The translations under genes and the position numbers were made by a program. Below the pieces are notes generated by a model, which was not told the origin of the DNA, did no database searches, and worked only from the letters and a program-made list of their open reading frames with translations. Of a stretch of 64,000 nucleotides of DNA, positions 1 through 31,022 are shown one piece after another. The DNA lies in assembly GCF_009834535.1 (NCBI RefSeq), contig NC_045699.1:42780001-42844000 (forward strand), read 5' to 3'. Within the stretch, counting starts at the first letter, position 1, and each line of letters opens with the position of its first letter. This DNA comes from Camelus ferus. Its lineage: Eukaryota.

Positions 1-611
1 AGGCTGACAACATTTATGATTGCATAGGAGACAAAGAGTAGAGAAACCACACTAAGAAACTCTTAGTGTGACTGAGTCTGACAATCCTAGAAATCAGGAA
101 AAGCAAGAGGCCATTAGGCCAAGGGCTTGACTTGAGACAGACAAGAGCCAAGGACTAGCTTAGCCATTTAAGAGTGTTGCTAGAGGCTCACTGACTCCAC
201 TAATCACAACTCTCCAGGATTTATTATCATGTTGGGATGCCTTCCCTTACCAACAACCACGAGTTTTTCTCTTTGAAACTGTCTTTTCTGTGGCCTCATC
301 CACAAGTAGCACATGGAAAAGTGCCCACACAGAAGATAAAATTATTTATACAGTGTATACTAGGTAAAGGGGAAATAAAGTCCATTAGATAAGGAAAGTC
401 TTTAACATTTAGAAGTATTGTAATTAAGAACAAAAAAAGATATGCAACAGAGAACTTAATTGGCCAACTCTGTTCTAGACCATTAGTAGCTTTAATGACT
501 TCAAAGCCCTCTATAAACTCAAATAAAGTATTTCCTCTCTAATCCAAGGCAATGATGAAACACACATATGAAGACAAGTCCCAGGATTAGACAGCAAGTA
601 GTCATTAATCA

Positions 612-6911
<6,300 letters not shown>

Positions 6912-8637
6912 GGCGCGCGCCTCTCCCGGCCGGCGGCTGTGGCGGCCCACGGGTAACGGCTACGAGAGGTGGCAGGAGACCGACTGGGCCGAGGCTCGGC
7001 TCTCCCGGGCGGGGGGCGACCGGCGGCGACAAACCCGCAGACGGCCTCCCTCTCGCTTCCTCCCAGAGGCACCGGGGCGGTGGGCGGGCGGGGTACGCTG
7101 GCGCCTGATCCGCTAGGGGGTAGCGGCAGCGACGACTCAAACGACGGCTGCAGACGCTTCGCTAAGACTGAGCCTAGAAGAGCCGAATCATCGGAAGGAG
7201 AGGTGCTCTCACCTCAGCCAATCCGCGCCTGCTCTGGGTACTCCCGCCCGCCTCTCCGCGCCTCTCCCCAGCAACCCGCGGTCCAGAGCCAATCAGAAAA
7301 TTCGCTTGCGGCCAGGCTCCCGCCTCAGGGATGCAACACGCCTAGTAACGCCACGTCAATTGGCCGCAAGGTTAAACTTCCTCGACGGATTGGGATTCTC
7401 GACCAATCAACGAAAGGAATGGGACCAGATCGACTGGCGAAAGGAGAACCTTTAATCCCTGGGAGGTAATCTCCCACTTGGCTCCAGTTCATTGGCTCCT
7501 GAGCGTATCCTGCCGGTAGAACCTGGCACAATGGATTGAACCCTGTATTAGTCTAGTCCTGTTGTAGTGATAATCTACACACTCATCTTTTTCCAAAACC
7601 TGAGAACCCCCCCTAACCCCTCTCCTTGCTCCTTCAAAGCGCTGGCTCTAGCCACCTCTACTCTGGACTGTTAGTAGCACCCCAGTTCTTAATCTACTGT
7701 ACCCTATTGTCATTGCACCCTCTGGTAATCCTAATCCCAGGGGTTTGACAGTTCCTCAGGACTTGGAGGTACACATTTCCATTAACAGCTAAAAGAGGGA
7801 GGATACTCAAGTCCAGAGAGAAGTCAAAAGGCAACCACAGAATACACAGCCCATTCAATAGAGCCCAAAGCGGCAAGAAAATTACTTGCCAAGGCTTAAA
7901 GTCCTTGGTCCCAAAATGCCAGCTAATCCTGATTATATTCAATAGGCAACTGTGGTGGCATGTTAACTTAATTCATCCTTCAACCTTTATCCACACAGAC
8001 ACATTTGACTCCAAATCTGGGATTAGGGAGGGGGTGAGGAGTCATTCTGAGAGACTCAGAGGTCTGCTTGTTTCTTCCCTCTAAGAACCAAATACCTGCG
8101 CTTCTCCTGAGAGGCCTGCCCAGACCACCTTCCAGACCTAACTCCACTCATTCTGTCACCTCACACAGTCCTAGGCTTTGGGGCTCTGCTTTTAGGCAAC
8201 GAAGACTAAAGCCATTGTTTCCTGTGTAAGGATTCCTGTAGCCCTTTCTCCTGAAGCTCATAAGGTAGATGAGATTGGGAAAGGGCATCTTAGACAACCA
8301 ACACTCAATTGAATCAGATAGCTGTGAGACTTTCCAGTCAAATATATGTACTAAGCAGACAAGAGATAGATATGAAATTTTACTCAATACATGAAAAGGG
8401 AAACAGGAAAAAAAAAGTGCCATGAGCAAAGTCATGGGGGAAGTGGGGGATTCTTCTGGAAACAGAATAGCAGTAACTAGACCAAATTTTGCAGGGCCAC
8501 CACCAACCTCTTCAATGCCAGATTTATATAGGAATGGTCAGCTCCAGCCACATTCTCCAAGGATGGTAGAGCAGAAAGCCCTCCCCACAGATGACCCACT
8601 GAGGCCCCAGCTAATAAGGTTCTTTGAAATGTGGCAG

Positions 8638-13776
<5,139 letters not shown>

Positions 13777-13779
13777 GGT

Positions 13780-14430
13780 GGCCCAGGGTGGGCCCGGACA
13801 CCGGAAGAGGGCTCCCGAAGGGTAAGCCTGGCCCCTCCGAAGCTCCCACTGAGCGGGGAGGGGTCTGTGCACTTCCGTAACCCGCCAAGAATCCTCTGCT
13901 CCTCTCAGGGTTCCAGCCGGGGCGGCCTACCCTCTCAAGGGGAAACAAACTCTAGCCTCACCGCCTGCTGGGGTTTCCACGACCCCCGCCCAGCCCCGCC
14001 TCTTCCACCCTCGCCTCTGGTTGGCCCGGCTGGCAAAACGCTAGGCTGCGGTTGGTCGTCTTCAAGGGTTACTCCCCGCGGGAAACTCGAGGAAGAAAGT
14101 AGAGATCAGCCCAGACAGTGGGGCGGAGGCGGGCCCGAGGCCGGGGCGTGCTTGAGTAGAGAGGTCGTACTTCTCGCCGCTCCGCCCGCTCAGCCAAAAG
14201 CCTTGAGAAGCGGATGTCGGCAGCGGAACCCGCGGCTCAGCCCTTCCCTCGCAGCCACACTTCCAGGACGTTCCCCGCCGCCGAGGGCTGGCCCGCGCGA
14301 TGCATGCTGGGAGTTGTAGTGCCGCCTGGAGCCGCCATGAAAAGTCCAGTCCCAGCAGAAAAGCGTCTTCAAAAAGAATGGACCAGAGACCGAGGCCCTC
14401 GGTAATACGCATGCAGTCGGACTAGATGGC
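13780..14430 (-). promoter_or_regulatory. FANCG CpG-island promoter with ZNF143/THAP11-type motif
   Basis: CpG-rich sequence upstream of the ATG; minus-strand ACTACAACTCCCAGCATGCA at 14301-14320. Confidence 0.75.
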
Positions 14431-15480
14431 AGCACAGCCTTGTGCTTGCTCAGCCTGCACTGCTCAGACGTACCTGCCCACTCCCAACAAATGGAAGCCG
14501 GAGAACTGGAGATCCGTATGCAAAGAAGAAACAAAGTATGACCCTCATCATCCATAAAGTCAACTCAAAATGGATAAGATGGTCTTCATTAAAATTAAAA
14601 ACTCTTGTTCTATAAAGACACCACCAAGAAAATTCAAAGATGTAAGTCAAACCATTATGCTGTACACCTTAAACTTATCCATTGACGTATGTTATATTTC
14701 AATAAAACTGGGGGAAAAATTCAAAGATATCAATTATACCTCAGTAAAAAATAACATTCAAAGAAAAGTCACAAGGTGGGAGAAATTATTTGCAAATCAT
14801 ATACCTCATCACCTCCTGTCCTGGGCACCCTCAAACCTCAGACCCCAGTTCTGACCTTTCTCCTCAGAACCTCTTCCCCACTCCTTTAATGGACACTGCC
14901 ATGAGGATTTCATGCCAGCATTTCAACATGACACAGGAGTAGTGAGGTGGATGGAGGGCACAGGAGACATGCGTGAGGAGCATTAGATTCACACAATTTT
15001 GGCTTCAAGTCAGGAATAATCAATATGACAAGGTGGAATACTCTGCTAGATGCGCAAGTAGATCTGATTAAAAGGCATCATGGGTTGGGAAACTAGGGAG
15101 GCCGCCACAGAAGTGAAGGGCAAGGTTGTTCTGAAGTGAGAGGACACTCCACTATTGGAGCTTTAGACAGTGAAAGTCTGTGTGCTCTATGATGCCTTGG
15201 CTTGTCTTTTCAGCCATCTCTGTTATTGGCCAAAGCAAAAGAATTTAATGAAGTACGTGGCATGGCAAAGGAAAATTGCAGGTGGAATAATAGTAGCGAT
15301 TTGAGAGGAGGTGGGAGAAATGAATTCAGACAACTCCAACCACTTCCCAAAGCTTCTCAGGTCTGCATAAGATGGCTGATCCTATCAGTGCCTGGATGAG
15401 GGAAGACCAACCCTCCTCATATCCCCTGTAGGACAGTGGGGGCACCCCCACACCTCAAACACACATATTTACATTATTAT

Positions 15481-15486
15481 TTTATT
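15481..15486 (-). terminator. PIGO polyadenylation signal AATAAA
   Basis: tttatt on the plus strand, ~70 nt after the extended stop codon. Confidence 0.7.
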
Positions 15487-15553
15487 CCACTTTGGAGAAA
15501 GTTCCCCCAGTCCCTCAGATGTATCCAAAACAGGAGTTAGGGATTAGGCTCCA

Positions 15554-22013
<6,460 letters not shown>

Positions 22014-22399
22014 CCTGGTGGTGTTGGGGGAGGGAATTCATAACTGTGAGGCAAAGAATCGGTGGACAGTCTCTCAATACAAAGCCCAGCTAGAATCACT
22101 TCCTCTTAGAAGCCTTCCTGAAGATAAACAGTGCCATAGCCAACCCAATGCAATGTTCCTCTCCACCAGCTATACCAGAGTTTCTGAAGGTGAAATGCAC
22201 AAACTATGGGCATCAACCTGGAACGGCTGTTTTTAAATGCTGATTTCCAGGTGCCACCCCAGATCCCCTGAATCAGAATCTTCGGGGGTGGAGCACAGGA
22301 ATTTGCACATGTACTCCAGGAGATCCTAATGATGGAAAACACAGTCCACGAGGGAAACTTATTCCAGTTGGTAGACTGCTTTCTGAAAGCCCGTTTCTC

Positions 22400-22900
22400 C
22401 GCCAATTTCAACAACCCTGGGGTGGCCAAGGCTCGCAGCCGCAGGGGAACCCGGACCAGGCTGACGGCGCCGCCTGGCGGGGACCGAGGAGACGAAGGGA
22501 AGGAGTCCTGCTCCGCTTCCCCGGCGCAGCACGGCAGAGGCTCAGGGTCTTGAGGCGGCTGGGCCTTGCTGGAACCCGGACGTCCGGATGGCTCTGCCTC
22601 CTCGGATGGCTACCCAGCCTCTGCCTGGGCACCCTGACCCGGGTACTGGGCCCGCTAGACTGCGAGCTCTGTGAGTGGGCTGGGAGGGTCCCTTACTTAA
22701 GGGAAAAGGGAGTGTAAGGGGGTTTAGGGAGACCCTGGCTCACCTTGAACGGCGCCCGGAAGTGCAGCGGCCGCGCCTGCGGCCGGGCACCACAGAAGTG
22801 CACGCGCGGGACAGAGCGGCCCATGGCGGGGACCTCATCGCCACCTGCTGGCGCCTCCGAGGAAGTTCGGCAAGGAACGAAGGGCTGGCCAGAGATGGGA
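22400..22900 (-). promoter_or_regulatory. PIGO CpG-island promoter and non-coding exon 1 (donor AAG|gtgagc, exon end 22744)
   Basis: CpG-rich, ETS-type CCGGAAGT, CTCF-like motif at 22838-22851; exon 2 acceptor at 22015-22016 lies 1 nt before the ATG. Confidence 0.75.
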
Positions 22901-23164
22901 GTTTGACGGGAGATTAATTTAGAATTGGGGGCAAGGCAATAAATTTAGAAGAGTTCAGGGAACCACTGTCCATTCTCGGATAAGACTAAGATCTAGGCCT
23001 CTGGAACCAATCTTGGCTTGAATCCTAGCTCTGCCACTCACTGTCATTATGGGACATTACCTTATCTGTAAAATAAAGATAATTTTCATTTACCCCTTTT
23101 TGTTGACTCCAACTAATAGATTTTATTATTCATCCACTCCAAGCCTTTCACTAAATCTTACAAC

Positions 23165-24540
23165 TCAATAATAAAAAGACAATCCATGCACCCCAATGTT
23201 CATAGCAGCACTATTTACAATAGCGAAGACATGGAAACAACCCTAATGTTCATCAATAGATGACTGGATGAAGATGTGGTATAGGGGGAGAGCACATGCT
23301 TAGCATGCATGAGATCCTGGGTTCAATCACCAACACCTCCTCTAAAAAATAATAATAAATAAACCTAATTACTCCCCCCGCAAAAGATGTGATTATCTGT
23401 CTTGTCTATCTACCAGCAGCAACAAGGATGGTCCTGGAGATTGTCATTCTAAGTGAAGAAAGCCAGAAAGATAAAGTAAAATGCCATATGATATCACTTA
23501 TATGTGGAATCTAAAAAAAAAAAAAAAAAAAAAGACACAAATGAACTATTTATTATTTATAATTTAGATGATAGATTTCTTGAACATGTGTAAGCACATT
23601 TGACTGTCCTTTATGATTGGATTACTGCATTCTGTTGATTCTTATTTTGTGGTTGGCTTTATTCCTTTGATAACTATGTAAGTTTAAAATGCTAAACCTC
23701 TAAACTGTTCTTAGAAACAATGAACAGTACATATGTGTAAAGTTTAAAATGGTTTTACCTCTCAGTGAGTTGCTCTTCCTAGAATAAACTTTGCTTACCC
23801 AATAAATAAATATGTAAATAAATAATTTTAAAACCTAANNNNNNNNNNNNNNNNNNNNNNNNNNNNNNNNNNNNNNNNNNNNNNNNNNNNNNNNNNNNNN
23901 NNNNNNNNNNNNNNNNNNNNNNNNNNNNNNNNNNNNNNNNNNNNNNNNNNNNNNNNNNNNNNNNNNNNNNNNNNNNNNNNNNNNNNNNNNNNNNNNNNNN
24001 TCAAACCCATCAGGATGGCTATAATCAAAAAGATAAATAACAAGTACCGGCATGGGTGTGAAGAAATGTGAACCTTCATACACTGCTGATGGGATTGTAA
24101 AATGGTGCAGCAGCTTTCATAGTAGCATGATCTACTATTAGCCAAAAGGTGAAAACCACCCAAATGGCCTTCACTGACGAACAGATGAAGAAAATATGCT
24201 ACACCTATACAACAGAATATTGTTTGTACCCCCTCAAAAAAAAGGATGAAGAACTGCTACATGCCACTACACGGATGAACCTTAAAAACATGCTAAGTGA
24301 AAGAAGCCAATCACAAAATATTATTATTTTATTTATCTTATACTATTCCATTTACATTAATATATTAATCTATAGACACAGAAAATAAATTAGTAGCTGT
24401 CTAGGGCTGAAGGGAGAGGGGAATGACTGCAAATGGGTACAGGGTTTGGGGGGCAGGGTGGGGACAGGGGACCAGTGATGAAAATGTTCTAAATTGTGGC
24501 AGCTGCACAATTCTGAATATACTACAAATATTGAACTTAC
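23165..24540 (+). mobile_element. LINE-1 3' fragments, interrupted by a SINE and an N gap
   Basis: L1 3'-end signatures caatgttcatagcagcactatttacaatagc, ctaagtgaa, tcacttatatgtggaatctaaaa, caggatggctataatcaaaa. Confidence 0.75.
23284..23385 (+). mobile_element. tRNA-derived SINE (camelid-type), A-box deleted, nested in an L1 3' fragment
   Basis: tagcatgcatgagatcctgggttcaatc core plus ataaacctaattactccccc tail; flanked by repeated aagatgtg. Confidence 0.8.
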
Positions 24541-24713
24541 AGGGGGAGAGTATAGTTCAGTGGTAGAGTGTGTGCTTAGCATGCATAAGGTCCTGGGTTC
24601 AATCCCCACTACCTCCATTAAAAAAAATAACAATAATAAATAAACCTAATTACCTCCCCTCAAAAAACAAATAAACAAAAATTTTAAAATAAATAAATTT
24701 TTTAAAAATATAT
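24541..24713 (+). mobile_element. tRNA-derived SINE (camelid-type)
   Basis: ggggagagtatagttcagtggtagag (A box), ggttcaatccc (B box), AT-rich tail; same family as the other four copies. Confidence 0.85.
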
Positions 24714-26381
24714 TGAATTTACACTTTAAGCAGGTGAACTGCATTGTATGTGAATTATATCTCAGAAAAGATACTATTAGAAACAAAACAAAAAAACCTC
24801 TTATTGGTTTCGCATCTCAGAGGAAAGCCAGTTCTTGCAGTGGCCCTACAAGGCCCTGCAAATCTACACACTAGCTCCCCACTTCCTTCTCTGATTCATC
24901 CAGCTGCCAGTTCTTTGCTTCCTTAACTCTGTTACAGCCACTGTAGCTCCTTTGCTCTTCTAGTTATAAGGCAGCCATGCTCTGCCTCAGGACCTTTGCA
25001 TTCTCTGTCTCCTCTGTCAGTTTTACTCCCAGATGCCCAAATGGGCTTGCCCCTCATCTCCATATCTAAGCCTAAATGTCCCATCAGTGAGGCTTCCTGG
25101 AACCCTCTACTTAATGTTACAGCTTCCTCTACCCAAATTTCCCATCTCCCTTCCTTTCTTAATTTCCTCTATAGTATAACCCATCAGCATCTGAAATACT
25201 ATACATGATATGTCCCTTCCAAATAGAATGTGAGCTCACTGAGAGTAGGGAACTGTTTTCTTTACTATATCCTCAATGCCTGGTATATACTTGGGATTCT
25301 GTATAATTATTAAATGGTCATTAAATGAATAACTGAACAAATTCTAATTCAGAAATATGTCAAAATATTCCTCCACCTCTATTCCATAGCGCCTTACCTC
25401 AGTTCAGGCCTCACCATCATCTCTGGATCACTAAGGTAGCCATCTGTCTTCCAGCCTCCCATCTCTCCTTCAAACCCACTGACCACATCGCAGCAGGACA
25501 GCTCTATCTAAAACACTGATGTGACTACCTTCATCTTACAATTCTTCATGGGAAAGAGAAAAAAAGCCCCCTGCCCCTCAAACCAGGATAAAGTCTAAAC
25601 TCTTTCAAGACCCAATCTCCCCATGATTTGGCCCTTGACATACAGTCACATCCCCTAGCACCCTGCCCTTCAGCCACAGCAAACAACTCTGAATGTTCCA
25701 ACTTCTCTGGAGCCACGGGCCTTTGCATATTCCAGCCCCAAATGTTAGCCTGGTGAACGCATTGATTTTTTTCCAACCTGAGCCCAGTGGCAGAGTTGGC
25801 AATGTTGCTCCTCACAAACAGATATGCTCCCTGCTCCAGGATCCCTCAGCCAGAAATTTCCTCCACCACAGCACTTACCACTTTGTATCCTGCTCCCTGT
25901 GAAAGCAGGGACCATTTGGGTTTCGGCTGCTTTTGTAACCTGTGTCTAGAACTGAGCTTGGCACATGGCAGACATCATTAAATATTTTTGAATGAACGAA
26001 TGAGTGTCCTCAGTCTCTAAAGACCCTTTGAACATTCTGCATTACTACTCCATACTCTCCCAGGGCAGTCCTCTTTCCCATTAAAAAAAACCCCAACACC
26101 TGCTCAATTCACAGCCCCACACTTATCAGGAGGGGACTACACTCCACAGCTGGTAGTTCAGTAGACATGTGGCTTAGTCCTTCCACTGTATCCCACAGCT
26201 TCTCCTGAAGACAGACAGGATGATTTCACTTTACATGAGACTCATTCTTTTTCATGGAGGTATCAGTTCCCGAGACCTGACAGGACTGGAGGTTGGGAGT
26301 GGGCATCCAAGGAAAACACTGGGGATTCTCCCAACTTCCTTCCCCAATCAAAGAGGACAGTTTTGGTTTGCCACTGGAGAG

Positions 26382-26387
26382 TTTATT
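26382..26387 (-). terminator. STOML2 polyadenylation signal AATAAA
   Basis: tttatt on the plus strand, ~120 nt after the stop codon. Confidence 0.7.
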
Positions 26388-26503
26388 ACATGATTAAAGT
26401 TCAAATAAAAAAATAATAACCAAAACCTTGGCAGGGAGGCCAGAGCCAGAGTCTGGGAGAGCTGCTTCCCTGTCCCCAGCCTCCCCGATCAAGCCCGGCT
26501 CCA

Positions 26504-29500
26504 TTAACTCAGCTTAACTCGATCAAGTTCCTCATCAAGACTTGCATCTGTGCCCTGGACATTCCTGCTGCTCCTGCTGGGGACTGAGTCCTGGGCCCCT
26601 GGCACTGGGGCTTTGGTGAGGGCTCCATACACACCCATGGCCTGAGGAGAGGGACAGAGAGAGAGCCATGAGGATGCATGGTAGGAGTGGCAGCCCGACC
26701 CATCAATGGCTAAAAGGAAGAAGGTGGAGCCGGGGCCAGTAAGCTTGCTTTTTCCTCTCTCTCTCAAACCTTATTCCTACAAACTTTGAAGTCAGTCTAA
26801 GAATGTTACAAACTCCCAGAGCAGGGTCACCCTCAAAATACTAATACAAGCATCTGCAAAAAAAGAAAAAAAAAAAGAGGTTCCCTATCTTCAGGGATGA
26901 ATGAGGGTATTTCCTTCAGGGAACAAAGAGAGGTCTAGGTCTCAGGGCACTCTAAAGGCATCTGTGGTAAAACTGATGGTGGTGGTGGCAGGGTCTCAGT
27001 CTCTGGCACTGGTGCTCTGTGCCAGGTCCTCAGGGCACTCTAACCTGAGCCACCATACTGGTGACATCACCGGGGTTGGAGGGCAGCAGGACAGTGTTGG
27101 AGTCCTTGGCCAGTTTAGAGAACGCGCTGACGTACTGCTCGGCCACAGTCAGTGAGGCTGCTGCATCTCCATTCTGTGGCCATAAGGAGGATAAAAATCA
27201 GAGATCACAGATTCAGAGAGAGGGGAGGGAAGGAAGCGGAGAGAAGTCAGGTTCCCAGAAAGAGGATACGCAGTTCACAACACACAAGATTATATAATCT
27301 GGATCAATGGAACTAAAAAGACAGGAATTTCTCCAAAGAGTAAATGAGGGAATCTCTTCTACTGTCAATGTCTGTCCCTGACTCCCACCCAGGGGCCTCT
27401 CACATGTTGTGTCAGAGCTGCAGCCAGGATGCGAATAGCTTCAGCTTTAGCCTTGGCCTTGGCCAGAACTGCACTGGCCTCTCCTAGAAGAAAAGAGATA
27501 GAACTTGACCTATGAGACAGGGTACCCCAAAGCTCCTGTTCCAGCACCAACCCTCAAAGACCCATCCATGCTCTGTTCATCCCTCAGCCTCTACCCTCTG
27601 CTGACCTGCTGCCTGATTTATCTGTTCAGCCTTTTCTGCTTCAGAGGCCAGGATCTGTGCCTGCTTCTTCCCCTCTGCCACGTTGATGGCCGACTCTCGG
27701 GTCCCCTCAGACTCTAGAACTGTGGCCCGTTTCCGCCGCTCTGCCTCCACCTAGAAACCCCCAGCCACCCCCATCAACGAGAAACCAGAGTAAAAGTAAA
27801 CTTTTACACAGACCTGCAATTGTACCCATCCCTAGGAAGGAAGTCCAGGTCCCCATGCAATTGGAGCATCCTGAAGTCCTCTTCCCTATCCCTCCCTGGC
27901 CCCCACCTGCATCTGCATGGACTCTTTCACCCGAGGTGGCACATGGATATCCTTGATCTCATAACGGAGGCAGCGGATACCCCAGCAGTCGGCAGCCTGG
28001 TTGATAGCATCCACAATGCTAGCGTTCAAGGACTCTCGCTCCTGGAGGAAGAGAGGTATAATCTCATTAGCCTCAACCCACCTATCAGGGGTCTGAGCTG
28101 AGAAGGTCCTGGGACTGATCCCCAGAAAGGACTGAGAGTGCCAAGTATGTGTCTTCAAACCCTAACTCTGGCTCAGATCCCCGTACCCTGAAGACTTTGT
28201 CCAGAGAGAGTTTGCCAAGTTCTGATCTCATGGTTGTCTGAGCCAGCTGGGTGACAGCATATTCAGGGTCCTCCACACCATAGCTTGCCTGAAAGGAGAA
28301 TGGATAGTGTAAGTAGCCTGGATGCAAGACTTTAGTGAGGATAGCAACTCAGGAGCTGAATAAAGCAGGGGGCAGATACCTTGTAAGGGTCCATGATACG
28401 CAGGTAAAGGACTCCATCAATTTGCAGAGTTACATTGTCTGCAGGTCAGGAGCAGAAGAGAAAAGGAGTAAGGCTAGGCCTCCAGGTCCCAAACAGCTTT
28501 TTCTCCTGCTGCCATATCCTAACGGCCTCAGAGCACCCACATCACCCTGAACCCCTCACCGAGAGTCACAGCCGACTGCTCAGGCACGTTGATGACAATT
28601 TCCTTGAGACTCTGCACATATCGGATGCGGTCTAACACAGGAATGAGGATGTTCAAGCCCTGGGAAGAGGAGTCACGTGTCCTCAGAAGGATAGGGGCTG
28701 TAGGATTGGGGTCCAAGCTAGGACTGGAGTAGGTAAGGAATCAACACAGATTCTCCCCAGAAAAGTAAAAGAGTTGGGGTGTCATTGGTAGGGAAGCCCA
28801 AGAGGATAGGAATGTGAGGCCCGGCCTCTGACTGCAGAGAAGAGTCAAGGGAATGGGGGCCAGCAGAGTAGCTGTCTCCATGCAGACAGGTGGAGCTGAC
28901 AGGGTGAACAGAAGAGATTCCCAACATGGGGCCTGTGGGATCCTAGGGCAATAGGTAAGATGGGTATGATGGTCAGGGCCCTGCCAGGTCTCCCTGGGAT
29001 GTCAGAAGCCAGTGAGGGCAGGCCCCAACGAGGTCTCACCCAATCCCCCCATGGCGTTAGGGAACTGGGATTCAGGGTGGCCTGAGGTGGGCAGAAGAGG
29101 TTCTCACAGGCTCCAGAATCCGATGGAATCGGCCCATTCGCTCCACCACCCAGGCCTCCTGCTGCGGCACAAACAGTACCACGGTGTTTCGGGGTAATCC
29201 AGAGGAGGCGCGGCGTGGAGCGCGGCCAGAAGCCCGCACGGAGTCCTAAAGGGAAGACGAGGGTTAGCAGAGACCAAGCCGGCCGGGCACCCCGCCCCTC
29301 TCGGCGCCTCCCAGGAGGCATGTCCCAAAACCCAAAAGGGTTCTCGACTCACGTGAGTACCATAACCTCTGACCCCACTTCTCTCCCCAAACTTAGAATC
29401 CCGCTCCTTTCCAGCTGAACACCCAGGTGATCTCTGACCGGACCCTTGGAGAAAGCTGCCTCGCACTCACCCTCAGCAAAAGGGCCCCAGTCCCCCGCGC

Positions 29501-29515
29501 CGCGCGCGCCAGCAT
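26504..29515 (-). CDS. STOML2: Stomatin-like protein 2 (mitochondrial SPFH protein), 10 exons, 356 aa, intact
   Basis: Exons 29471-29515, 29108-29245, 28560-28659, 28380-28438, 28187-28288, 27907-28041, 27606-27750, 27404-27483, 27045-27173, 26504-26641 total 1071 nt. Runs MLARAARGTGALLLR...VPQQEAWVVERMGRFHRILEPG...ASYGVEDPEYAVTQLAQTTMRSELGKL...DEELDRVKLS*. Confidence 0.99.
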
Positions 29516-29700
29516 CTCCCACGGCCACAGCGACCTCCGGAACCAACGAGGCGCGGGGCAGAGCGGTCGCTCTAGATACCCGGGCCAAGCCTTTCCTCCT
29601 GTATTTCCACTCCCCCGGATGTACTTCTGGCCGTCCCTTCCCCCATTCCACACTCAGCCAATCAGCGTTATTTGACAGAAGCGTGCATTTAGTTGCTCCC
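29130..29700 (-). promoter_or_regulatory. STOML2 CpG-island promoter
   Basis: CpG-rich sequence across exons 1-2; CCAAT box (agccaatcagc) near 29657. Confidence 0.7.
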
Positions 29701-30559
29701 TGAGAGACGCAGACCTTCTAAAGAGGGTCCAAGGCTGGATCTTCTTCTGGTTCTCACTGATGAAGTCCAAGAACCCGGACACCGTGACCAAATGGAGACT
29801 ATTTTCCGCAGGCAAATGGTTCAGAAAAGCCTCCCATGGAGTTCTTTACCTGCACCGGAAACTCGGTTTACCCTTATGCGTGTATAATTGCCCCCATCTG
29901 TCACCATAGCGACCAGGGGATTGGAGCTGACTCGTTTCCATGGTTGCCATAGTGACATTCTCTTGTAGTCCTGCTGTGTTGTACCCAGCCTTCCCACTGG
30001 GGACTGACCCCATTCCTGTTGCCATGGTGACTGGACCTAACATTGGTGATTGGGCTGAGATTTCCCCCTCCTCTCTTTTTCCAAGGCACCACAGCTTTTT
30101 CTACCTCTTCCTGGCCAGAGTCTATCAATCAGGCCAGGTCCCCTTGCATAGAGTCCAGCACACAGCCCCAATGTCAGCCTTATCTGGATCATGTCACCCT
30201 GCATACATCTCTGATGCTCTGGCACATCCTTTAAGAGACTTACATAGTCACCCTCATTTTACATATCAGGGCACGTAGGGTCAGAGGAGCTAAAATCATC
30301 AACAATAGAACCAATGTAAGAATCCAGATCCACATTCAGAGTTCAGCTTTTATGGCTGAACCCTCGCCACCACCCCACCCTATTAGGTGAAAAGAGCAAG
30401 ACCAGACTCAAAGAATCACCTCTCACCTAAGACCTTATGGCCTCACATCTCTTCTCTGGGGAAAGAGCAGAATCCCAGCTCCAGTTAGGCCCTCCATCTC
30501 CATTCCCAGGCTCTCCCCAACAGAAAAAGTAAGGCTTAGCTCAAGTTTCCAAACAAGAA

Positions 30560-30565
30560 TTTATT
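30560..30565 (-). terminator. Probable ATOSB polyadenylation signal AATAAA
   Basis: tttatt on the plus strand, ~1.08 kb past the stop codon. Confidence 0.55.
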
Positions 30566-30962
30566 TTCTTTCTTTCTTTGTTTTTCCTAAAAAAAAGTAC
30601 CAGGTACAATTTTTTCCTGTTTTTTTTTTTTCTTCAAGTTTCAGCAAATGCTTGTTCCCCTCAGCCCAGCCCCAGCAGGGCTAAGGCTAGGTCAGAGTCT
30701 GAAGTGGAGAATGGGGTAGTTGGTAAATACATGACTGAGTTTGAAGGGTGCCCCTTACCCCAGCTGAGGTAGGTGGGTCAGAGTCTGGCCAGGTGAGAGG
30801 AGGCACCCCAGTCCTTGGCCCTGACTCTGCCCCTGAACACCTTCCTCAGTCAGGACCCCAAAGCAAGGAGACACAGGCAGGAGGAGAGGGACAACCAGAG
30901 GCTGGAGTCCTAGATAAGGGGTGGTTAACCCCTGTGTGTGCTCACATGCATGCATGCTCTTT

Positions 30963-30979
30963 CACACACACCCACCCAT

Positions 30980-31019
<40 letters not shown>
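30963..31019. repeat. (CA)n microsatellite in the predicted ATOSB 3'UTR
   Basis: Direct reading. Confidence 0.9.

Positions 31020-31022
<3 letters not shown>

Noticed and set aside
13777-13872. Apparent in-frame N-terminal extension of FANCG in the ORF track
   Set aside because: It starts at GTG, not ATG; the ATG at 13776 (accATGG) has a strong Kozak context and aligns with the known start.
24541-24620. tRNA-like A/B boxes suggesting tRNA genes (all five copies)
   Set aside because: They have SINE tails, poly(A) and TSDs and lack a proper cloverleaf; these are retroposons.
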